A stretch of DNA of 15,809 nt from Paraspadella gotoi. Its lineage: Eukaryota; Animalia; Chaetognatha. The translations under genes were made by a program, and so were the position numbers. How positions within the stretch are numbered: position 1 is the first letter of the stretch; each line of letters begins with the position of its first letter. Positions 1-9,173 of this stretch are shown one piece after another. The stretch is from assembly GCA_051294375.1 (NCBI GenBank), contig JBJCIZ010000458.1, positions 1 through 15,809 on the forward strand. The letters run 5' to 3'. A model generated the notes under the pieces. That model saw only the letters and a program-made list of their open reading frames with translations, did no database searches and was not told where the DNA came from.

Positions 1-184
1 AAAACAATTGAGTGAAAAATGAGACCCCATTTTAAAAGCCAACTTCTCCACTTTTTTTTCAAAATAAATCTCAAATGATTGATCATATAAGATTTTTGGT
101 AATTTCTACTAAACTTTAAAATCAATGGTTACAAATGGCAGAGTTTTTTTACCAGCGGTTTAGAATTGTCACTATGTAGTTCGC

Positions 185-590
185 AGTGATAGTCGGTCTT
201 GGTAAGGCGGTCAACGGCGGCGGCGGCACGGAACAAGCCGATCGTCAAGCGTTGCCCATAAAGTCCTTGGCGGAGGGCGGTGATGCACTGCCCAGAGTAG
301 ATTCTTCTTTAAGAGCGGGAAAATGAGCTCTGCACCCCAGTCTCAGGAATAGGCAACGGCGGCGGCGCGGAAAATAGAACCAAGGTGGCGATGGTGGGGG
401 CGCCGAAAAAAGGTATGACGACGAGACGGAGGTGCGCTGAAAATGCAGGAAAGTGATCTCCCGGCGACTGAAAGTGGCGTTGGCAAGACGAATTCGGCCT
501 CGGAGAAGCGAAGAATACCCGTCGACTTGGAGACGAGATTCGACGTCGTCGGAGGCGGCGACCGACCGAGTGACACTTATCGCAGAGACT
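185..590. other. GC/CpG-rich island upstream of the leader; possibly degraded coding sequence or part of the LTR/U3
   Basis: Sharp composition contrast with both flanks. Short open frames on both strands are broken by shifts. The 14-mer CAACGGCGGCGGCG occurs at 212 and 354. Confidence 0.35.
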
Positions 591-760
591 TAAAAATGCT
601 GAATTTATTGGATAAACTATTTTTTATAATTTTTTTTTATTTCAAATTTTTAAAAAAAAATATATTCTTATATAAAAATTAATTATATAATATATTATGT
701 TACGCGAGCCCTCGGTTCCAGGCTGATAATATCTCGGGAGTTAATCTCGTTGCTATTTTG

Positions 761-785
761 TCAACAGTGGTGATAGAAAAGTTCT
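761..785 (+). other. Candidate 5' LTR end (...TCAACA, 766) and primer-binding-site-like TGG at 768
   Basis: AACA is followed after 1 nt by TGGTGATAG, the usual LTR/PBS geometry. TATAAAA lies at 671 and TGTTAC at 698. I cannot assign a tRNA, and there is no second LTR copy to confirm it. Confidence 0.3.
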
Positions 786-932
786 TTAGTCACTCCTGAG
801 ATACTAGCGCCTGGAAAGACTCTTGTGATTTTTTAGAAGAATTATTTAGCCATTTGTAAAGAACAGAAGCCGGAGCAGAAACGTTAGATATTAAGTGAAA
901 TAATATAGGGTTTAATTTTGTATCTTTACCTT

Positions 933-957
933 TTTTGATAATCTAGGATTATCAAAA
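933..957. repeat. Perfect 11-bp inverted repeat with 3-nt spacer in the 5' leader
   Basis: TTTTGATAATC-TAG-GATTATCAAAA read directly. Confidence 0.9.
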
Positions 958-1323
958 CGCTTGTGATCAATTGGATACTAATATAAGGGCTTTGCCTTGG
1001 TTTAATGATCCTGTTCATAATCATCTGCAGGGCACAGAGCGAAGCGCAGGGCTAATAGAAATTGAAGATATTTCCCTTAACATTTGATAATCATGCTCAA
1101 TAAACGCTAAATTCCGGGAAAATATCTTTTTTGATTAAATTACGTTTCCTTCAACGGAGGGTTGACGATCTTATCTATGAGAGTTGTAGATGCTCTTAGG
1201 GATAAGAAATAATAAAAATATACTTGTCCGGACCGGCGACCGGCCGTCTGAGTAGTTCGTCGACGTGGGGTTTGGAGGTATTACTTTCAATCACCTCAAA
1301 CAAACCTATTTGGGCTTCAGTTA

Positions 1324-4089
1324 ATGGAAAGTTTTTTCGATGAAGATAAGAATGTTAGTGAACGTGGTATTCGAGTTTTTGTTTATCAATTAAATAAAGA
1401 GTTGATCGAATTTATTAATAAGTATAAAAGAGCCCAAGAAGGTCCGTCTATTGAAACTGTTAATGTTGTTGAAGGTGCCCGTGATCACGTTCGTAGATTG
1501 CATACTGTTTTAACTAAGTTTATTAAAAGGCACCCTGAGTTTGAATCTAAAAAGGTTTTTAGTATTCTAAGTAAGACCGAGAGTCAATCTGTGCCGTATA
1601 TTTTAAATAAATATCCGCCGTTACCCGTTCCGTCGCGATCCGTCCGTTCGAATATGGACAATAATTTTGAACAGTCAGGGGGAAGGGATGAAGGGAATGA
1701 AACTGAAAGTGATCTTATTGTCGTAGAAGGTCCCGTTGTTTTGTCTTCCCAGTTAGAACCCAATCCTGTTGCACCATCGGCCCAGGCCGATGATATTTCG
1801 CCCGATCTCGATCCTCTTCCTCCTCCTCCTCGTATTGATTTAACACGAGAACGATCTTCTGCTGTCGAAGCAGCAGAAAACGCGCCAGTTCGGAGTCGGT
1901 CCGTGTTATCGACGCTTGCTAACGTTTCTGCGCATTTATCCGCTCTGGGAAGAAGTCGACATTCTTCGCCAAATGAGACGGTAGTGTCTGAAGTATCACC
2001 TGATGCTCGTCCGGAAAATCTATCTCAAAGGTTAGTAGACAAAGAACGAACTCGTAGAATTCGACGTTTAGAAATTGAACGAAAAAAGGCTCATTTAGAA
2101 AAGTTGATTAGAGAAATCGAAATTGCTGAAATTGAAGAAGACGCAGAAAACGAAATGACTTTGAATGAAAGGCAATGTAAAGGAAATGAAACTAATTTGA
2201 ATGCTTCGACCAGATCAAGGAATGGCGGCGCCGCGCGGAGAGCTTACAATGAATCCGTCTACGATCGAGTTTGCGGAGTAGGAACGACTTCGACGACAAA
2301 CGTGATGACCACGGTGAGTTGCGAAAAGGGTGGGTCTGGCAGTTTATTAAAGGGATCGTCACCGTTATCGAAGATCAGTCCAAAAGGTTTGACTGTTAAT
2401 ACGAATGATGCTAATTCGACGCCCGCACTGGTTCCATCAGTCGTCCCGATTTCGAGTCGTTCACGTTTAGAAACTGTGCCTAAGATCGTTGCTCGTAGTT
2501 CACCACAAACTGAACAGATTTTGTCTGGGGGGGGAGAGATTGAGATACCAAATGAATCCGTCCCGGCTCCAGTCATTCGACAACCGCCGAGAATGTCAAG
2601 GAGTGTTCCTAATGTGTTGAATCGTATCTCTGCACAAAATCAAAATGTTGTAGGACAGGGAAAGGTTGAAAACATGATTCCCGCGAATTTTTTGGGCAAT
2701 CCATTTAGTGCCTACCCAGCATTTAATCCATATTTTGCCTACCCACAGTGGTCGACTCCTTCACCAATGCATTTCCCAAACCAAGCACAATCGCCACAGA
2801 CTTCTGTTGCAAAGGTTAGCGTCTCACCCAATACACCGTCGGTGGCGCCAGCTGTTTCAAATCGTAATTCTCCGGTCCATAATGCAAATTCCACTCGCGA
2901 GAGGCCGTGTCCAAATTCTATTGTGGGAGAAACTTTGGGTGATTTTGGTGAGGATAGGGACAAGTTGACACAACTCTGCACTATCCAGATCCAGCAGCAA
3001 GCATTAAGCATGATGAGGCAACGTAGGCCCAAATTAAAATTTAATGGGCGTGACAAAAGGGTCGATTTTGAATCTCAACTGAACTTGTTTAATTCTCTGG
3101 TCAATATTGCTGGAGTGACTGACCAAATGATGATGAATGAATGTAAGGAATATTTTGATGGAGATGCCGCTATAATCGTGTCCCAACATGAAGCCTCTAG
3201 CGATTTCACTGATGCTCTAAAGAAAGTTAGGAAGGCTTTAAAGATAGAATTTGGTAGAAAAACGTATAATGCCCATCAAATGTTGGAAGAGTTGCTAAAG
3301 GGTCCTAAGATTTCTGATAAAGATTTTACTGGGGCTAGAACGTTTGTTCTTGAGATGGAAAAGTTTCATGTGAGGGCTAAGGAGACTGGTAGGGAGTTGA
3401 CTTTTTCAACTCAGGAGACATATAAGGAAATTATCTCTAAGAAGTTGCCTTTTCTGGCTGCTTGGGTGGCAAGAAGAATGGTTGATAAGGAATGGGAAAA
3501 GATGAAAAGTGATGATGATGATGGATTTTTTGACCTTGAAATGAAATTCGAAGATTTTATTGATTTTGTGAAAAAATCTGTGAAAATCAATGAGAGAAAG
3601 TCAGCCTTGTTGGGAAGTCGAGATGCTGTAACGACAAGTGCACCAATTTCTACCACACAATCCAAACCGACGAACACCTTTCAACGAAATCCAATTCGTT
3701 TTGCCGCAACTGCTGTTTCTTCTAACCCACGCACCCAACCCGTCTTGTCAACTCGTACATCTGGAGCTGCAAAAGTAACGAATATTGCTGCAGCATCTTC
3801 TTTTCCAAATCCAAATTCCAACCCAAACAACCATGCACCGCGAAATGCATCAACCTCGAAATGCCGATTTTGTGAGCAAAATCATCACACTGGCAATTGT
3901 AGTGATTATTTGGCGCTTGATCATGAAGCTAAGGTGACATGGTTAAGAGAAAAGGCTTTGTGTTTTTTGTGCTTTGGTCATGGACATGTTGCTAAGAATT
4001 GTCTTCGGATGTTGGGTTGTTCAAAATGTAGTGGGAGGCATCATGTATCACTTCATCAGGTGACTACCACCCAGGTTGAATCATCCTGA
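1324..4089 (+). CDS. gag: Gag, 921 aa: long S/P-rich N-terminal half, BEL capsid-like region (from KFNG..., about 3037), three C-terminal Cys/His knuckles
   Basis: Uninterrupted ORF. CRFCEQNHHTGNC (from 3862), CFLCFGHGHVAKNC (from 3961) and CSKCSGRHHVSLH (4018-4056) give the Cx2Cx3Hx4C / Cx2Cx4Hx4C / Cx2Cx3Hx4H triplet characteristic of BEL/Pao Gag. Confidence 0.93.
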   Translation: MESFFDEDKNVSERGIRVFVYQLNKELIEFINKYKRAQEGPSIETVNVVEGARDHVRRLHTVLTKFIKRHPEFESKKVFSILSKTESQSVPYILNKYPPLPVPSRSVRSNMDNNFEQSGGRDEGNETESDLIVVEGPVVLSSQLEPNPVAPSAQADDISPDLDPLPPPPRIDLTRERSSAVEAAENAPVRSRSVLSTLANVSAHLSALGRSRHSSPNETVVSEVSPDARPENLSQRLVDKERTRRIRRLEIERKKAHLEKLIREIEIAEIEEDAENEMTLNERQCKGNETNLNASTRSRNGGAARRAYNESVYDRVCGVGTTSTTNVMTTVSCEKGGSGSLLKGSSPLSKISPKGLTVNTNDANSTPALVPSVVPISSRSRLETVPKIVARSSPQTEQILSGGGEIEIPNESVPAPVIRQPPRMSRSVPNVLNRISAQNQNVVGQGKVENMIPANFLGNPFSAYPAFNPYFAYPQWSTPSPMHFPNQAQSPQTSVAKVSVSPNTPSVAPAVSNRNSPVHNANSTRERPCPNSIVGETLGDFGEDRDKLTQLCTIQIQQQALSMMRQRRPKLKFNGRDKRVDFESQLNLFNSLVNIAGVTDQMMMNECKEYFDGDAAIIVSQHEASSDFTDALKKVRKALKIEFGRKTYNAHQMLEELLKGPKISDKDFTGARTFVLEMEKFHVRAKETGRELTFSTQETYKEIISKKLPFLAAWVARRMVDKEWEKMKSDDDDGFFDLEMKFEDFIDFVKKSVKINERKSALLGSRDAVTTSAPISTTQSKPTNTFQRNPIRFAATAVSSNPRTQPVLSTRTSGAAKVTNIAAASSFPNPNSNPNNHAPRNASTSKCRFCEQNHHTGNCSDYLALDHEAKVTWLREKALCFLCFGHGHVAKNCLRMLGCSKCSGRHHVSLHQVTTTQVESS

Positions 4090-4178
4090 CTCGCGGCAGC
4101 GTATGCGACGACGGGGGCGTTTCGACCAATTGTGCCATTGGTTGTTTCCAACGGTCTGAGACGCGTCGTCACATACGC
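4087..4178 (+). promoter_or_regulatory. Putative stop-codon readthrough signal: UGA-C, 9-nt spacer, extended stem-loop
   Basis: TGA at 4087-4089 is followed by C. Pairings read by eye: 4099-4105 GCGTATG/CATACGC 4172-4178; 4107-4112 GACGAC/GTCGTC 4165-4170; 4117-4123 GCGTTTC/GAGACGC 4158-4164 (one G-U); 4124-4127 GACC/GGTC 4153-4156. Confidence 0.75.
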
Positions 4179-7100
4179 AATGATGGATAGCGGCGCTACA
4201 AGATCCGCTGTATCATCTAGAATAGTCTGTGAATTAGGTTTAGAGCCATATACATTATTTACAAATCTCTCTACATATAATACTGTTTCCCAAGCTTGGC
4301 GAGACTTCGTTGATTTAAAAATCTCAACTCTTGATGAATCTTTTTCTAAAGAAGTGAATAAAGTGCTTGTGGGTGATATATTGACCACAGAAAGTGATAA
4401 GCCATGTCGTAATGAGGATATTTCTGATTATGAGTATATGAATGGAGTTATTTTTGATGAGTTAGATCATGAGGATGTTGAGTTAATTCTTGATGCTCGT
4501 TTAGCCTCAACATGGGTAGGGGGCGAAACCAGAGTTGGTCCTGAAGGGTATCCCATAGCTCTTAAGACAAGATTTGGTTGGACGTTAGTGGGAGCCAGTG
4601 AAAATGAGACTAAGGATCAGATTAGTTGTTGTTCTAGTATCTCAGAATTTGATAAGCTTGAGTTTATGATTGCCTCTATGTTCCGTCATGATTTTATCCT
4701 CAAGGGAGACGAACGTTATCCCTCAGAAGTTCAACATGCTTCTTGTCAGGATTCGTATGCAATTGAGCAGTTGGAACAACAGACATATTTTAATGAGGAG
4801 ACCGGCCATTACGTGGCTCCGTCACCTTGGAAGAAGGGCAGGAGTAAAACTGCTGAGTTGTTTGAACCACTGTATAAAGACGTGGCAGAAAATGCAAAAA
4901 GCAGAGCTAAGAAAACAGCCAATAAGATGAGAAAGGATCCAGTTCTTAAGGAAGGTGTTTTTAAGACTATGAAAGAGACTGTTGAGATGGGTCATGCTAG
5001 AAAGGTAGTTGAAGATCATCCACCTAAAGGAATCCCTGAATATTTTGCTCCTGTCCATGTAGTGACGCGACCGGACAAACCCGGAAAATTTCGGATTTGT
5101 CAGGATGCGGCTACTAAGGTGAAAGGCTCAAGTCTTAATGATTACTTAATCCCTGGTCCAGATAATTTGACGCCTTTGATAGGAATTTTATTAAAATTTA
5201 GAAGGAAAAGAGTGACGTTGGCAGGGGATATAAAATTATTTTTTCATCAAATAGAGTTACATCCTAATGACGTGGCTGCCTTTAGGTATTATTGGTATAG
5301 TGATGAAACCATGAAGGTTTTAGAAAAACATGAGCCCTTGGTTCACGTATTTGGTGGGGCAGGAAGCCCAGGGGTTGCTAATTTTATCCTTCAATACCAT
5401 GCAAAAGCAAATAAAGATGTGTTCTCACCTGATGTTTTAATGGCTTTATATTTAAAATTTTATGTTGATGATTTTATTGATTCGCTTGATGGAGTTAAGC
5501 AGGCGCGAAAAATGAGAATAGATATTATTGAAGCCTTAAAAAAGGGAGGTTTTGATATTGGGAAGTGGAAAAGTTCTGACGAACGTGCTTTACTTGATTT
5601 TTCAGTTGACGGAGAAGACGATCCTTGCCACGACTCTATCGCCACCCTGATCGACTCCGCTTCTCCAGATAACGCCGAGGATCTCACGGATGATCTTGAG
5701 AGAGTAATCGACAATGCCCTCCCTGATAATCCCACCCTTGATGAGCAAGATAACAAGGTATTGGGAGTTGGATATAATTTTCGTCGTGATATGTTTTTTG
5801 TAAGAATTTCTAAAAAATATGAAAAGGAGGCAAAGACTCGTCGTGATATCTTAAGTTTAGTCTCTTCCATGTTTGACCCCATGGGTCTTATTTCGCCTTT
5901 TATTTTAAAGGGGCGATGCTTTTTTCAAAAGGCGACTGATTTAAAACTAGAATGGGATGAGATGTTGCCTGAGGATTTGGAAAAGGATTTTAATTTTTGG
6001 CGTGTAAGCATTTTTAAACTTAAAAAATTGTTAATACCAAGATGGACCGCCGTGTTAGGTTTAAATGATTTTATTGCAAAACTGATAGTTTTTTGTGATG
6101 CTTCATCTGAGGGTTACGGCATGGCCGCGTATATTAAAAAAGAAAGTAAATGTGGAAAATTAAATCACGTTTGTCTATTATTTGCTAAGGCTCATGTTGT
6201 CCCTCTTAAGATGCAAAGAATGATTATCCCTGACCAGTTAGATCACGGAGATTCAATGCCCCGCCTTGAGCTGAATGCGGCAAGACTTGGTGCTCAGATG
6301 CGTGATATGATAGAGAGAGAATCTGGGGAAGTGTTTGAAACAGTTTTCATGATGACTGATTCTTTGACAGTATTGAGATGGATTCATGATTGGTGTAAAC
6401 GTTTCAAAACCTTTGAAAACTTTAGATTAAAAACAATTCGTTTACTTTCCAGGCCTACTGAATGGCGACATGTTCCGGGTGAGGAGAATCCGGCGGATCT
6501 TGCGAGCAGAGGCATCGACGCCGACGACGAGAAGAGTTGGTCTCGTTTTCATAAAGGACCCAGCTGGCTGAAGCAAGCTGAATCCGAGTGGCCTATGACT
6601 TCCGATCCAAACAAAGTCAAAAAGAAAAAAGGCAAAGTAGATCTTAAGGCCATTGACGAAGACAGCGCCTTCTCTCCGTCTGAGTTGGTTCTCTTAGGCG
6701 CTACTCGTGAGCATCCCGTAATGCCGGACTCTAAATTATCTACAGGTTGGGCTTTAAAAGTTACAAATAAACTGGAAAATTGGATAATGAAAGTTCGCCG
6801 AATTGCTTACTTTATAAATGCGGTTTTACGTTTTGTAAAATTTTTGGGAAAAAAGAAAAAAGCTGATGATAGTTTGTTTAAAAAAATTCGTTTGACGGCG
6901 CCCGAATTTTTAAATGCTGAAAAAATATTAATTCGGTCGGTCCAAAGATCACATTTTGAAAAAGAGATATTTTCTTTAATTAAACTAGGAGTTTCTTCCG
7001 CCGACGCTCACAAAGAGCTCCGCACACAAAGGTCTAAACTTGTTTCTTTGAGTCCCTTTGTCGATGAGATGGGTATTTTAAGGACTGGTGGTCGTTTAGT

Positions 7101-8283
7101 TAATTCTAGCTGTCTTAATTTTGATTCTAAATTTCCTATCATCCTTCCTAAAGACGACGAAGTGGTTAAATCTTTAATACGTTATGAACATGAAAAATTG
7201 TATCATGCTGGCCCAGCGGCGACTTACCATTCCGTACGTCAACGATTTACTATTTTAGGCGGACGAAGTGCGATTGATATTGTTGTCAGACGGTGTGTTA
7301 AATGTCAAAAATTATTTAAAAATAATTTAAGCCAGAAGATGGCTAATCTCCCGCCGGAGAGAGTAAATCTTTCGGTTCCATTTAAAAATTCTGGAATAGA
7401 TTGTTTTGGACCTTTTCAAATTCGTCTTGCTGGGAGGGGTCTGAACAAAAAATTTGTCTTGTTAATATGTTGTCTCGCTACACGTGCAGTAGTTTTTGAA
7501 CCATTAAAGGACATGTCGGCTCCGTCAGTCCTTAACGCATTAATTCGAGTAAAAAATTCTTTTCCAGGCATGGAATCGCTTTTCTCTGACAACGGCACTA
7601 ATTTCAAAGGTGCTGCAAACGATTTAAAGTCCCAACTTCAGGCGATTTGTAATGACGAAAAATTAAGCGAGGGAATCGCGGTGAGAGGAATCTCTTGGAA
7701 TTTCGGACCTCCGTATACGCCTCACGCAGGTGGGATTTGGGAACGCCTTGTACGTTCGGCAAAGAAACATTTAAAAGCAGTCATTCCAGATAATCTTGAT
7801 TATGATACCTTTAATACTATTTTAAGTGAAGTTGCCGGGATTCTTAACAGACGGCCTATTACGTTTGAGGCATCAGACCCTTTGGAACCTATTGTTTTAT
7901 CTCCACTTAATTTACTTTATCCTTATTTATATGCTCCTAGTTCTCTTACACTTTTACCACATGCTCCATCTGAAGGAGACATAATGAAGTCTACTTGGCG
8001 AAAAGTTCGTGAAGTAGCTGACGAGTTTTGGTTCCGATGGCGTGATGAATATTTGCCTTCCCTTCAGGCGCGAACGAAGTGGTTCCAATCGTCACCGGAT
8101 CTTCCAATCGGCGAAGTCGTTCTCATTGTTGACCCCACCGCGCCGAGAGACAGATGGCGCACAGGAATCGTTGTGGAAACGTCTGGAGAGGGTCCCCACT
8201 CGCGAGAGGCAATTGTTAAATTGCCTGACGGTCGAAAAATTCGTCGTCATTACCGTTCGCTTGTTTCGCTAGAACTGAATTAA
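4090..8283 (+). CDS. pol: Pol polyprotein (aspartic protease, reverse transcriptase, RNase H, integrase); probably translated as a Gag-Pol readthrough fusion 1324-8283 (2319 aa)
   Basis: The frame is open from immediately after the gag TGA. Motifs: protease DSG at 4186; RT LAGDIKLFF and YVDD at 5461; RNase H CDAS (D at 6097), PRLEL, TDS, NPAD; integrase H(7189)-H(7204)-C(7294)xxC and D(7399)-D(7588)-E(7741). The ORF-track GTG start at 4132 is unlikely to be real. Confidence 0.96.
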   Translation, partial: LAAAYATTGAFRPIVPLVVSNGLRRVVTYAMMDSGATRSAVSSRIVCELGLEPYTLFTNLSTYNTVSQAWRDFVDLKISTLDESFSKEVNKVLVGDILTTESDKPCRNEDISDYEYMNGVIFDELDHEDVELILDARLASTWVGGETRVGPEGYPIALKTRFGWTLVGASENETKDQISCCSSISEFDKLEFMIASMFRHDFILKGDERYPSEVQHASCQDSYAIEQLEQQTYFNEETGHYVAPSPWKKGRSKTAELFEPLYKDVAENAKSRAKKTANKMRKDPVLKEGVFKTMKETVEMGHARKVVEDHPPKGIPEYFAPVHVVTRPDKPGKFRICQDAATKVKGSSLNDYLIPGPDNLTPLIGILLKFRRKRVTLAGDIKLFFHQIELHPNDVAAFRYYWYSDETMKVLEKHEPLVHVFGGAGSPGVANFILQYHAKANKDVFSPDVLMALYLKFYVDDFIDSLDGVKQARKMRIDIIEALKKGGFDIGKWKSSDERALLDFSVDGEDDPCHDSIATLIDSASPDNAEDLTDDLERVIDNALPDNPTLDEQDNKVLGVGYNFRRDMFFVRISKKYEKEAKTRRDILSLVSSMFDPMGLISPFILKGRCFFQKATDLKLEWDEMLPEDLEKDFNFWRVSIFKLKKLLIPRWTAVLGLNDFIAKLIVFCDASSEGYGMAAYIKKESKCGKLNHVCLLFAKAHVVPLKMQRMIIPDQLDHGDSMPRLELNAARLGAQMRDMIERESGEVFETVFMMTDSLTVLRWIHDWCKRFKTFENFRLKTIRLLSRPTEWRHVPGEENPADLASRGIDADDEKSWSRFHKGPSWLKQAESEWPMTSDPNKVKKKKGKVDLKAIDEDSAFSPSELVLLGATREHPVMPDSKLSTGWALKVTNKLENWIMKVRRIAYFINAVLRFVKFLGKKKKADDSLFKKIRLTAPEFLNAEKILIRSVQRSHFEKEIFSLIKLGVSSADAHKELRTQRSKLVSLSPFVDEMGILRTGGRLVNSSCLNFDSKFPIILPKDDEVVKSLIRYEHEKLYHAGPAATYHSVRQRFTILGGRSAIDIVVRRCVKCQKLFKNNLSQKMANLPPERVNLSVPFKNSGIDCFGPFQIRLAGRGLNKKFVLLICCLATRAVVFEPLKDMSAPSVLNALIRVKNSFPGMESLFSDNGTNFKGAANDLKSQLQAICNDEKLSEGIAVRGISWNFGPPYTPHAGGIWERLVRSAKKHLKAVIPDNLDYDTFNTILSEVAGILNRRPITFEASDPLEPIVLSPLNLLYPYLYAPSSLTLLPHAPSEGDIMKSTWRKVREVADEFWFRWRDEYLPSLQARTKWFQSSPDLPIGEVVLIVDPTAPRDRWRTGIVVETSGEGPHSREAIVKLPDGRKIRRHYRSLVSLELN

Positions 8284-8709
8284 TTGAAAGTTTGGAAATG
8301 ACAACCAAACTTAGTTTGATAGAAACTTTCTATATTTGAAAGTTATTAAGAAACCAAATGGTTATTTAAATTGATTTTTTCTCTGAGTTATTCTGAGTTA
8401 AAAAATTAGTTTGCTATTTATTTTTCATTGAATTTACCTGTCCTTACTAAAATCGCCGTTCCGCTTTCATTTATATAGACAGATTTTAATTGAAACGATA
8501 ATAACTTCTCATTGAGAATACTTTGTTTGATCAACAAAGTTAGTTGAATTTGAAAGCCTATGTTGAAGCTAGTTGGATTGAATTTTTTTTATATGAATTT
8601 TTTTTTTAGTTTCAAATTTTTATTTTTTACTGCCGACGCACATTAATATTTATTTGTGGCACTTCGTCCTTGGTTATTCGTCGTTACGTTCTGCCGATCG
8701 ATCATTAAA

Positions 8710-8955
8710 ATGAGCCTTTCTCGTGAATTCGTTGAGAAGTTCTTTGCTCCGTCGGAAAGGGAAAAAAGAGTTTTCGTCTTGGGACTCGCGACGCGTAAGA
8801 GAACACGGTCAACTCCAGAGCTCAATAGGATCATGGAAGATATCAATGAAACGGAAAACGTGATGGTGGGCGTACCTTTACATGACCTTTGGATGCTCGA
8901 GCGAAAATTGAAGATTCAGTCCCAAGAGTTGGAAATAACAAGACTAAAATCGTAA
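8710..8955 (+). CDS. Small accessory ORF A, 81 aa, unknown function (MSLSREFVEKFF...)
   Basis: More GC-rich island between AT-rich spacers. Start context aaaATG, and it is the first ATG after the T-tract/AG at 8608-8609. AATAAA follows at 9027 and 9068. Confidence 0.65.
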   Translation: MSLSREFVEKFFAPSEREKRVFVLGLATRKRTRSTPELNRIMEDINETENVMVGVPLHDLWMLERKLKIQSQELEITRLKS

Positions 8956-9173
8956 TGGTTTTCGTCGTCGTCGTGGATGTTTGTTTAGTGTTTATGTTTC
9001 ATTTGATTCAAGTTTACAAATAACCTAATAAACAAGAATGAAAAGTAAAAAATCTATAATCAGCAGAAATAAAATTGTGTTTGTTTTTTTTTTCGAAAAT
9101 AATAATATATATTTGTTGTTGAACTTAATCGTTTCAGTTTGATTGCTAACTATTTTTAACTATTTTTTAAATC

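Larger units (their letters stand above)
698..8283 (+). mobile_element. BEL/Pao-superfamily LTR retrotransposon, core region; probably extends through the downstream small-gene array and beyond the window
   Basis: Triple Zn-knuckle gag. Pol order is PR-RT-RH-IN with BEL-typical motifs (FCDAS..GYG, PRLEL, WRHVPGEENPADLASRG, GIDCFGPF, SDNGTNF, GGIWERLVRS, FWFRWRDEYLPSLQARTKW). The 5' boundary is only a guess: TGTT at 698 after an AT-rich tract. Confidence 0.92.

Noticed and set aside
443-682. 79-aa ORF with hydrophobic tail, and antisense ORF 343-576
   Set aside because: The tail is translated poly-T/poly-A sequence and neither ORF has a recognisable domain.
4132-4134. GTG start of pol given by the ORF track
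   Set aside because: The context is eukaryotic, the frame is open from 4090, and the GTG lies in the loop of the putative readthrough hairpin.
4087-4178. Selenocysteine recoding of the UGA
   Set aside because: The hairpin lacks an evident SECIS AUGA/GA core and the position is a non-catalytic linker. Ordinary readthrough explains it better.
8134-8145. PTAP late-domain motif in the integrase C-terminus
   Set aside because: It falls in the ordinary BEL integrase C-terminal 'D...PR..W' segment and is not in Gag; likely coincidental.
2259-8272. Short antisense and alternative-frame ORFs overlapping gag/pol (e.g. 2259-2576, 2739-3056, 4056-4388, 5460-5882, 8042-8272)
   Set aside because: Shadow ORFs of a long coding region with no motifs or independent signals.
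8288-8540. Short inverted repeats after the pol stop (AAGTTTGG/CCAAACTT; ACTTTGTT/AACAAAGT)
   Set aside because: 8-bp AT-rich stems are expected by chance, and prokaryote-style terminators are not applicable here.
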